This document shows positions 56,496 through 64,000 of a stretch of 64,000 bases of DNA, piece by piece (the stretch's first letter is position 1; each line of letters begins with the position of its first letter). Source of the stretch: a virus (lineage: Duplodnaviria > Caudoviricetes); the IMG/VR virus record IMGVR_UViG_3300037601_000088, positions 1 to 64,000 of that record; one strand, given 5' to 3'. Under the pieces are notes generated by a model. It had not been told where the DNA came from, ran no database searches, and saw only the letters and a list, made by a program, of their open reading frames with translations. The position numbers and the translations under genes are program-made.

Positions 56496-57850
56496 GATAT
56501 GAATATATCCCTGCCTCTATTATGGTTGTACAGAGATGCTTTATCGATTGGTGTATCATATGAATCTTTTTGTATTCTAAGTGATGTTGCAAATGATCCA
56601 TCCTGAGTTAATGTATCTCTTTTTTCTGTAACTATAAAAAATCCTGAAATTAAATCATCTTCTTCATTAAGATTAAAACCGTGAATTTTTGGAATATCTA
56701 AATGAAAAAGTTCACCTATATTTATTTTTGGATCCCCTGGAATTGTAACAGTTAAATCAATTTGAGATAATGCTGTATGGGCGATTAAGTCTCTTCCCCA
56801 CCTTTCTCTGAAAGTGTCGACAGGGCTATTAATATCATTTTCTCTGAAATTATTAATTACATACTTAACCCTGTTCGCTGGTTCTTCGCCTTCATCGATA
56901 GGAGTTATATTTTTGTAATTTTGAGTATTAAGTGTGTTTTGCTCTATGTAAGGAACATCCTCTGGCCTTCTTTCAGTTACGAAATAAGCTTTTTGGGCCG
57001 GATTAATTTCAAAGTATTTATTTTGAATATAACCAAGATCTATTTTATTGAGTGTAGAAAGGCGCCGATTAAAAACTAAGTTTGTTACAAGTCGGCTGTC
57101 ATTATTATATTGTTCACTATCGAGTTCGTCCGAAACATATCTATAGCTATTTCTCAGGGCATTTCTTCTGTTCGCGCCTGATCTTGTTTCAGCAAAAATA
57201 TCCTGAAGTGTTTTGTAATGGTATGCTTCTTTGTTCTGATAAAACATATATGAAAAAGCTTGATCAGATTTAGGTGCAGCATATTTGCTAATCATATTGA
57301 TTGCGGCAAAGGGTTTTACATTAGGAACGACAAAAAGAAATGGGTCTTCCTCTGATGCTGTTGCTATAATCGGTTTAGGATTGAATGTTGATACAAGTCT
57401 GGATAATGGTCGCTCAATAAAATCATCGAATATTCCACGAACCATATCAACTGATGTTCCCTGATATGATTTCTGCACATTCCTTCTGGCATTTGCCCAG
57501 GCTTCAAGAGACACACATCTAAGAATATAGGTAACCATCCTGTTATCATCGGATGCTGATATATCTTCAACAGATTCGACAACCATAATTTCATCGCGAA
57601 CATCATCTTGTGCTGTTGTATAAGAAATTTTTACAATTTCTTCACCAGATAAAGGAAAGTTGGTAAAAAGACCAATTGCATCTGCGACAACAATTTCAGA
57701 CCGAATAACGGGCGAAAAAAGTGATTCAAAAACGTTAAGCTCAATTACTTGAGATATAATGTTTACAAAATTAAATGAAGATAAAGATCCTATACCAAAT
57801 TTATATAGAACAACTTCATCTATTGTCGCTTCGAAAGATGACGTTGCCAT
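56492..57850 (-). CDS. Baseplate hub protein (gp27-like)
   Basis: ELNVFESLFSP.I......D..G....FPL.GEE, PN.KPF.AI, Y.FYQ.....HY, IPGD.....G, SG.FIV...... Confidence 0.7.
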   Translation of the reverse strand: MATSSFEATIDEVVLYKFGIGSLSSFNFVNIISQVIELNVFESLFSPVIRSEIVVADAIGLFTNFPLSGEEIVKISYTTAQDDVRDEIMVVESVEDISASDDNRMVTYILRCVSLEAWANARRNVQKSYQGTSVDMVRGIFDDFIERPLSRLVSTFNPKPIIATASEEDPFLFVVPNVKPFAAINMISKYAAPKSDQAFSYMFYQNKEAYHYKTLQDIFAETRSGANRRNALRNSYRYVSDELDSEQYNNDSRLVTNLVFNRRLSTLNKIDLGYIQNKYFEINPAQKAYFVTERRPEDVPYIEQNTLNTQNYKNITPIDEGEEPANRVKYVINNFRENDINSPVDTFRERWGRDLIAHTALSQIDLTVTIPGDPKINIGELFHLDIPKIHGFNLNEEDDLISGFFIVTEKRDTLTQDGSFATSLRIQKDSYDTPIDKASLYNHNRGRDIFIS

Positions 57851-58335
57851 TCAAGTCTTTTCTTTTTATTTTTCTTGAATAATAAAGTACTATGATCTGT
57901 TTTTTTGGCTATATTACCAGATCCAATGGTATTTGTTGGGCCATCAGATTCTAAAAGTTGCTCATATATTTTGTAGAATTTGTCTTCATCAATAACAGGA
58001 TAAAACTCTTCTTCTTTTAAAAGTTTTCCTTTGTATTTTTCATGTTCTTTTAAAAGATAAATAGCCGCAGCAAACGAAGCTATCGTTGTAGCACCCGCTG
58101 AAAATCTGCTTAAAAGTTTTTTCATATTAAGAATCATTAAATCAAAAAGAGAAAAATCATTCTTTTCTCTTGAAGAAAGAGTTTTTCTGGGTCTTAATAT
58201 TTTGCCTTTTTCATCAATTATTCCTGCTTTATAAGCATCCCACGATTTAAAAGGAGAAGTGAGTCTTCTTAAGAATGAATAAAGAAGGTATACATTTGCA
58301 CCAGATTTTACAATTGATTCGTTTAATTTTTCCAT
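57820..58335 (-). CDS. Conserved T4-like virion-associated protein
   Basis: FLRRL..PF..W.AYK.GIID.KG..L, A.A.YLLKE, PTN..G.G. Confidence 0.65.
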   Translation of the reverse strand: MEKLNESIVKSGANVYLLYSFLRRLTSPFKSWDAYKAGIIDEKGKILRPRKTLSSREKNDFSLFDLMILNMKKLLSRFSAGATTIASFAAAIYLLKEHEKYKGKLLKEEEFYPVIDEDKFYKIYEQLLESDGPTNTIGSGNIAKKTDHSTLLFKKNKKKRLEWQRHLSKRQ

Positions 58336-58344
58336 TAAATATAT

Positions 58345-59439
58345 TTATTCAAACACTTTAAAAACATCAGAAAGTTCTTCTGTTGCTGTTCTAATATTAT
58401 ATTTTTCAGGATTTTTATTATATTCTTTTACAAATTCGTTATTAAAGCGTTTATAAACGCGACTGAATAAATCAGCTATGTGTTTTGTTTCTTTAACTTT
58501 AATCCCAAATAATTTATCTAGAAATGACATTTTAAAACCGTAAAAGGCTACTATACAATACTTACCCTTTAATATAGAAGTGGTTTTGTTGAATCTATTT
58601 AACATAAGCTGTTTTGTTTCTCTTGATACGTAATGCTCTTTTGCATCTAATAATTCATATAAAATAAGTGATTTATTAACATCAACAATAATTTCGCATC
58701 TTCCATCTGGATAAAGAAAATCTTTCTCTGGATTTCTTCTAAATCCGTCATGTTTTAATATATTAACATCTACGTTAAAGCTTTCTTTAATTATATTCTC
58801 GGATTGTTTTCGAATAAGTTCAATAGTTTCTGGAAGTAAATCGTCATATTTTTGTTTAATAATATAAATTAAATACTTTTCGTCAACTTTCTTTTTTCTA
58901 TATAAAGCATCTAGAACTTCATTATTTACATCAAGCCTATTTGTAATATGTTTATATTTTTTTTCTTTAATTACATCTAATATTTTATATTTGCCTGGTC
59001 CAAGTAATAATTCACTATGACCTATTTTTGTTAAATCAAGGGCTTGATTTTTTTTAATCTGTAATTTAAGAATTATTCCAATAAAACCAAGTATTCTTTC
59101 GTTTTCTTTACGACTTTGACCATATAAATTTGCAACAAAAGGATTTAAATTATAAACCATTGGTGATTTTGCATATGTTCTGGCATCATCGAGACCGAAA
59201 GCAGCGCTGTCTACTTCTTTTACTTCGTAATAACCGTCACGAATCGATCTCATAAAATTTAAATATTGTTTTGGTGACTTAAAATTTAAACCCCTATATA
59301 CAGTAGTAGAGGATGAACCATAGTCATCAATGTAATCATTAAATTTGTTAGCAATCCTAGATTTATACATATCAAAATCATCACTTCTTACATAATCTTG
59401 AAGATCAAAATTTTCTGCTATAAATTTTTTAAAATTCAT
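58345..59439 (-). CDS. ART-like protein with capsid-targeting-like leader
   Basis: True start 59439 (TAATG) gives MNFKKFIAE; TVYRGL, VDSA, HSELLL.PGKY. Confidence 0.5.
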   Translation of the reverse strand: MNFKKFIAENFDLQDYVRSDDFDMYKSRIANKFNDYIDDYGSSSTTVYRGLNFKSPKQYLNFMRSIRDGYYEVKEVDSAAFGLDDARTYAKSPMVYNLNPFVANLYGQSRKENERILGFIGIILKLQIKKNQALDLTKIGHSELLLGPGKYKILDVIKEKKYKHITNRLDVNNEVLDALYRKKKVDEKYLIYIIKQKYDDLLPETIELIRKQSENIIKESFNVDVNILKHDGFRRNPEKDFLYPDGRCEIIVDVNKSLILYELLDAKEHYVSRETKQLMLNRFNKTTSILKGKYCIVAFYGFKMSFLDKLFGIKVKETKHIADLFSRVYKRFNNEFVKEYNKNPEKYNIRTATEELSDVFKVFE

Positions 59440-59813
59440 TATATAGCCTGTAATTCTTTCCATATATGAATATCTATTGGTATTAATGATGTATCATTAA
59501 TCGGTGGATCAATATATCTGATAGATTTAGGGAGTTTTTTTAAATAAAGTAGAAATGTTTTAAGAAGTATAGTATGTTCTGGCATTTTATAGAACATCAT
59601 ATCAATAGATCTTTTACCAAATACATTATGAAGAATAATCATATGATTAACTATATGATTAATTTTAAGCTTATCTTTACATACGTATTGGTTTAAAAGT
59701 CTTTTTAAATAAGAAAATCTTTTAAGATCATCAGAAAATTCATTTATATCTAATGTGATATTGTCATAATGTTTAGCAGCAAATAAATTGAAATTCTCTT
59801 CATTAATTATCAT
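59439..59813 (-). CDS. Conserved T4-like hypothetical protein
   Basis: NF.LFAAKHY.N, EF..DLKRF.YLKRLL..Y, NH.I.L.NVFG. Confidence 0.75.
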   Translation of the reverse strand: MIINEENFNLFAAKHYDNITLDINEFSDDLKRFSYLKRLLNQYVCKDKLKINHIVNHMIILHNVFGKRSIDMMFYKMPEHTILLKTFLLYLKKLPKSIRYIDPPINDTSLIPIDIHIWKELQAI

Positions 59814-59827
59814 GAAAAATATATATT

Positions 59828-60300
59828 TTATTCTGTTTCAAATGGGAATTCATATTGAGAGTGTAAATCCCAGAAATTGTGGCATGAATGGGTCCAGCTC
59901 ACAACATTATTAACCGGTATATTATTTGATCCAATATCTAGAAACATATAAGACTGTGCTTGGCCTGTTGGTCTGTTTATTAAATTATCTTCATTAATGC
60001 CTTCTAGAGTTATTTCAGAGGAAACATCAATAATAAAAATTCTTCCATTCTCACCACGAATTGACCACGTAAATGTATCAATTACACAATCTCTGGTTTT
60101 CTCAAAAGAAAATGAATAGATATATTTGCCCTGATTATCTATTCCTAAGTAATTAAATTCTACATCTTTGACAACTGGGAAAAATGTTTCTTCTATGTTT
60201 TTTAATGAAATAAGAGTAATAAAAAAGCTAAAGATAAACCTATTGCAACCAATAATGATAGTGCAAAGCCTTCAGCAGCAGGTTTAATTTTATTCTCCAT
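59828..60300 (-). pseudogene. Membrane-anchored protein gene split by a -1 frameshift (157 aa if rejoined)
   Basis: 32-aa ORF 60300-60202 plus open -1 frame from the T6 run at 60221-60226 to TAA 59828: ...EETFFPVV...KTRDC...NRPTG...HSCHNFW. Confidence 0.7.
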
Positions 60301-60571
60301 TTCGTGACGTTCTTACTTCTAGAGAATTGAGTGCAATTGTCAAATCAACAATTCTATCTGACAATACTTGGAAATTTTGATTTAATTGTTGAATTTCTTG
60401 AGACATTTCGGCTCTTTCTATTTCTAGGTTTTCAAGTCTAAAATTATAATTATTAATATAATTTACGCCATTAACAAAAGCAGCGCCAAGTGCAATTAAC
60501 CCCAAAACAAATGAAACAGTTTTAGAATTTAATACAATTTGACTGCTTCCTGTATTATTGGGAGTTGCCAT
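60290..60571 (-). CDS. Membrane protein with coiled coil (holin-like candidate)
   Basis: One TM segment followed by heptad repeats. Confidence 0.55.
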   Translation of the reverse strand: MATPNNTGSSQIVLNSKTVSFVLGLIALGAAFVNGVNYINNYNFRLENLEIERAEMSQEIQQLNQNFQVLSDRIVDLTIALNSLEVRTSRNGE

Positions 60572-60585
60572 TATTTGCCCTTAAA

Positions 60586-60906
60586 TTAAGAATCAGCTAA
60601 AATTAAATCGTCTGCTGTACCAGTTGTATTTGCCACATCGTCGGTTGATGTATTTGCGAAATCTGTTGCGTCAGTTTCAATAGTGGCAACTGAAAGAGTT
60701 TCATAAAGTACACGGCCACTTCTTCCACCTGTACCTACTTCTCTTCTTACCCAACCTTTATGAGCAATACCATCAGCAACGCCAGTTTCAGCTGCGTCTG
60801 CACCAAAAACAGTGTTACCAAACTGGTCTGTTCCGGTTTCGCTTTTGGTATTAAATTTGTAAGTAGGAGCATCAGATTTCTGATCTCTATTACCCTGAAT
60901 GGACAT
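60586..60906 (-). CDS. Conserved T4-like small structural protein
   Basis: VFG.D..E, AH.GWV, GRSGRV.YETL. Confidence 0.6.
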   Translation of the reverse strand: MSIQGNRDQKSDAPTYKFNTKSETGTDQFGNTVFGADAAETGVADGIAHKGWVRREVGTGGRSGRVLYETLSVATIETDATDFANTSTDDVANTTGTADDLILADS

Positions 60907-61308
60907 TTAATTAATTTCCTTTATTATTGAGTCATTTAGTATATTTAATGTTTCGAATAACTGTGATCCAGAAAGTTCAACACTATTACTGAGTCTTTCC
61001 CTATCTTGTTTTCTTTTTTGCGGTATTAATTTTCGAGTAGCACGATTAACTATATTTTTTCTCTTTTTTACCAATCGTTCTATTCTTGTTTTTTCTGAGG
61101 CAGAGGCTTTATTTAAGTTTTTGCCTCGTGCAATTATTTTCTTGACATTTTTAATTGCTTGTCTGCGAGCTCTTTGCTTAATTTTATCAGTATTAGCTCT
61201 TTTACGTGAAGCTCTTTTACGGCCAAGTTTTATCTTGGCTTTATTCTTGCGAAAGACTTGTTTCTTTTTAATTCTTTGGGCGAGGGTTAGTTCTAATAAG
61301 TTTGTCAT
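60907..61308 (-). CDS. Highly basic protein (possible DNA-binding core protein)
   Basis: LLE then a K/R-rich body; late promoter at 61314-61321. Confidence 0.6.
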   Translation of the reverse strand: MTNLLELTLAQRIKKKQVFRKNKAKIKLGRKRASRKRANTDKIKQRARRQAIKNVKKIIARGKNLNKASASEKTRIERLVKKRKNIVNRATRKLIPQKRKQDRERLSNSVELSGSQLFETLNILNDSIIKEIN

Positions 61309-61350
61309 ATTGATATTTATAGAAAGAAATAAATGAATTTTTATTTGTTT

Positions 61351-61364
61351 TATAAATATTTATA
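61351..61364. promoter_or_regulatory. Palindromic bidirectional late promoter TATAAATATTTATA
   Basis: Perfect 14-bp palindrome with TATAAATA on both strands between divergent late genes. Confidence 0.65.
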
Positions 61365-61678
61365 TGCATACTCCAACAGTACTTAAAGATCCAAATAGAG
61401 ACGAAAAAGATCAGGGAAAATTAGTTACCTGGCGCAACAGAAAACGGATGGCGTGGCTAAGTTTTTATGCTATTCTTCTTTATACCATAATTTTATGGTT
61501 CGTTTTACCTGTCTATTATAATTATGCTTCAGTCGATCAACAGATATGGGTTCAACAAGTAGCTGACTCCACTGGCTGGCTTTATTCTGTTTTTGGTGGT
61601 GTTATTCTTGGCTATATGGGAACAACTGCATGGGCTGTTAGAGGTAAAGACATTCAGGTTGACGAAAGAGATTATTAA
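61364..61678 (+). CDS. Two-TM membrane protein (holin-like)
   Basis: W.NR.RMAW, two hydrophobic segments, GYMG.TAW. Confidence 0.6.
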   Translation: MHTPTVLKDPNRDEKDQGKLVTWRNRKRMAWLSFYAILLYTIILWFVLPVYYNYASVDQQIWVQQVADSTGWLYSVFGGVILGYMGTTAWAVRGKDIQVDERDY

Positions 61679-61683
61679 TTTAA

Positions 61684-63690
61684 ATGGAAAATTCAGTAAG
61701 CATAGCACGTCAACAAAGAGAAGAACAAGAACAAGAATCACTTATGGAGAGGTTAAACTCTTCAATAGGCGGTGTTTCTGACAGTAATATATCTGTTAAA
61801 AATGAGTTGAGTAAACTTGTAGAAAAAACAAAACAAGCCTCTATTCAAAATGATTCTATAAATCTCATAAATCAAAATGATTATGCAACCAAATTTTCTA
61901 TGTTTAATGCAAGAGAATTATCAGATGCAATTGAAGGTGCTTTAAGTAAAGCATTAATTCAATCGCAGCCTCCACCAATACCTATACCTTTACCAATCAC
62001 AATTGAAAGAGAAAGTGATTTCTCTAGAGATTCGACCTTGGAAGATATAAAAAATGGGTTAGAGAAAGAACCATCAATCTATTCTAATATAAAAGATGGA
62101 TTAAATGCTGCAGTAACTCAGCTCAAGCAGGTTGGTGATTATCTAATACAAAGTAAAGATTTTCTATTTAGTTCCATGGGCATTGAACAAGATACTCTTG
62201 ATGCTATCCGTGAACAAAATGAAAGATATGCCTCTCAATTTTTAAGGGATGATGCAGAAGAAGATAGAAAATTAACGATATTTAATGTCATCGGTGAAAA
62301 GCTAAAAGAAAATCTAAAAGAAGCCTTTGAAGATCTTGATATACATTTTGATGGAAGGGTGTCAAATACGTATAGAGTTTTTGGTGGTTTATTCGGCTTC
62401 CTGGGAGCATTGACAAGTGCTCTTATGCCTTTTATGGGCATTATAGCCGGTGGTGCAATCGTTGCAGTCCTTGTTTCTTCTTTTGAATTTTTTACCGAAT
62501 TTGAAAGGACTGGCAGAGCTTTTCAGCAATTATTAGATGGTGGATTTTTAAATGCTATTCCTAATTTGATTAATTTATTTGGTGCGGTCGGTGAAGATCT
62601 TGGAAACATGGTTCAGACAACTGAAAGATTTGATAGATTAGTCTCAGCAATCGGAGATATTTTTACAAACCATCTCTTTCCTGCGATGGAATACTTATTT
62701 AATCTTTTATCAGAAATGGTTGTATCTTTATCCGATTATCTTCAGGGAGAAGGCGGTCAAAAGTTAACTGATTCTTTAATATCTTTTTCTTATTTTGTTA
62801 CAGATGTATTGATCTTTTTCTTTGAGTCTGTATTACCTCCTATATTAGATACGATAGGATTTGCTTTCAGAACAGCAGAAACAGCAATAAGAGCAACGAC
62901 TCCTGCGTTTGTTTTCATTTTTACAGAAATGTTGCCGGGGCTTTTGAGGGGTATTGAAAGACAATTTACCGCTATAGGCGACTATATACAAAATATAATC
63001 GATGATTTTGCGGCAATATTTAATTCAGAAAATCCTATTCAATTTGCTAACAGCTTTACAAATGTTTCTGTTTCTCTATCTGGATTTGTTCTATCAACGA
63101 TTGATAATATACTTTCAACCATAATGGATGTGTTTGCAATCGATGATTTACTTGGGGTAGAGGATGGAACTTTGGTTTCTGAAATGTTATCAGATTTATT
63201 TTCAAGCTTATCTGAAAAATTTATTGATTTTGTTTCTAATGTAAGAGATGCCTTTGTAGAAAAGATAGATGAAATAACAGATTACATTATGAGTTTGGAT
63301 CCTTTAGAATTAATAATTGATAAAATACAAATGTTTGTTAATTCTATTGTAGATCTTATTCCAACACCCGCTGACATTTTAAATGGTATTAGAGGGTTTG
63401 TTACCGATATACCATTGATACCAGATGCTGTCAGGGATAGGTTATTAGGAGTGGGTACAGTTCAAGCTTCTGAGATACAATCTCCAGCCACGGTTGTTCC
63501 TGGTGCAATTCGTGAAATACAAGCAAGAGAAGAATTAACGCGTGAGCTTAATATGATCATCAATACTCCGCAAACTCAAGTCCAGCCTAGACAAACTCCA
63601 GGTATTTCCAGACCTTCAGGAGTTCCTAGAACTTCGCCAAACATGACACCATCTGATAGAGTTCTTTATGGATTTGGTGAATTAAGATAA
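61684..63690 (+). CDS. Tape-measure / baseplate hub gp29-like protein
   Basis: 668-aa helical protein with TM segment and amphipathic repeats. Confidence 0.55.
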   Translation: MENSVSIARQQREEQEQESLMERLNSSIGGVSDSNISVKNELSKLVEKTKQASIQNDSINLINQNDYATKFSMFNARELSDAIEGALSKALIQSQPPPIPIPLPITIERESDFSRDSTLEDIKNGLEKEPSIYSNIKDGLNAAVTQLKQVGDYLIQSKDFLFSSMGIEQDTLDAIREQNERYASQFLRDDAEEDRKLTIFNVIGEKLKENLKEAFEDLDIHFDGRVSNTYRVFGGLFGFLGALTSALMPFMGIIAGGAIVAVLVSSFEFFTEFERTGRAFQQLLDGGFLNAIPNLINLFGAVGEDLGNMVQTTERFDRLVSAIGDIFTNHLFPAMEYLFNLLSEMVVSLSDYLQGEGGQKLTDSLISFSYFVTDVLIFFFESVLPPILDTIGFAFRTAETAIRATTPAFVFIFTEMLPGLLRGIERQFTAIGDYIQNIIDDFAAIFNSENPIQFANSFTNVSVSLSGFVLSTIDNILSTIMDVFAIDDLLGVEDGTLVSEMLSDLFSSLSEKFIDFVSNVRDAFVEKIDEITDYIMSLDPLELIIDKIQMFVNSIVDLIPTPADILNGIRGFVTDIPLIPDAVRDRLLGVGTVQASEIQSPATVVPGAIREIQAREELTRELNMIINTPQTQVQPRQTPGISRPSGVPRTSPNMTPSDRVLYGFGELR

Positions 63691-63691
63691 T

Positions 63692-63734
63692 AAAAAACGC
63701 CGCGTTTGAAATAACATAATCCAAACGCGGCGTT
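63692..63734 (-). terminator. Intrinsic terminator (13-bp stem)
   Basis: AACGCCGCGTTTG / CAAACGCGGCGTT with A-run on the left (U-tail on - strand). Confidence 0.75.
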
Positions 63735-64000
63735 CTTCATGTATTTAAGGTAAATACATAACCTGAAGAACTTTGGCATCTTACATTCTTCCTTTAAGGC
63801 CCATCTACAACCTTAAACACTTCGAATAAGAACTACTGTGGCAGATCACAGTTGCTTACAGGAACCACCAAGTAAACTTTAAGATAATTTAGGTGGTTGT
63901 GAAAAATATACGTACTATTTTTCCCTAAATTATCTTTTGGATGGATATCAGTTCTTAATTACCCAACCAATAATTTATATATACATCGATTCTTCTTATA

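Noticed and set aside
1-64000. CRISPR array or alternative genetic code
   Set aside because: No regularly spaced repeats noticed; core genes are full length under the standard code with all three stops used

Overview
AT-rich (about 30% GC by eye) segment of a large T4-like myovirus genome. The host is probably an alphaproteobacterium, judged from a permuted two-piece tmRNA with an ANDN...RLAA tag and GC-rich tail-fibre modules. Bases 1-10.3 kb (+ strand) hold nucleotide-metabolism and DNA-modification genes: a DenV-like glycosylase, a MazG-like pyrophosphatase, a T4 gp42-like dCMP hydroxymethylase, a GIY-YIG endonuclease, a BGT-N/SGNH-like fusion, a PLP enzyme, an N6-adenine MTase, an amino-acid:DNA-transferase-like protein, dCMP deaminase and a HAD phosphatase, followed by tmRNA. 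Bases 10.3-61.3 kb (mostly - strand) hold the late morphogenesis module: gp23, 22, 21, 67, 20, 19, 18, 17, 16, 15, 14, 13, three small fibre+chaperone cassettes, gp8, 7, 6, 5, 48, 53 and a hub protein, with TATAAATA late promoters and interrupting + strand islands driven by sigma70-type promoters. Four observations stand out. (1) About 10-12 non-structural genes are interleaved and translationally coupled with the structural genes. Most begin with a T4 internal-protein-like capsid-targeting leader (consensus near M-x-F-K-x-[YF]-L-x-E) and encode five paralogous ADP-ribosyltransferase-like proteins and two R-S-E ART-like proteins. Two T7 gp0.7-like kinases sit in the same block with weaker leaders. 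Together they form a candidate virion-packaged, injected arsenal of host-modifying enzymes. (2) A candidate new hydroxymethylcytosine hypermodification pathway. (3) A phage-encoded two-piece tmRNA. (4) A gene split at a U UUU UUA slippery site. All family assignments come from motif recognition by eye; no searches were run.
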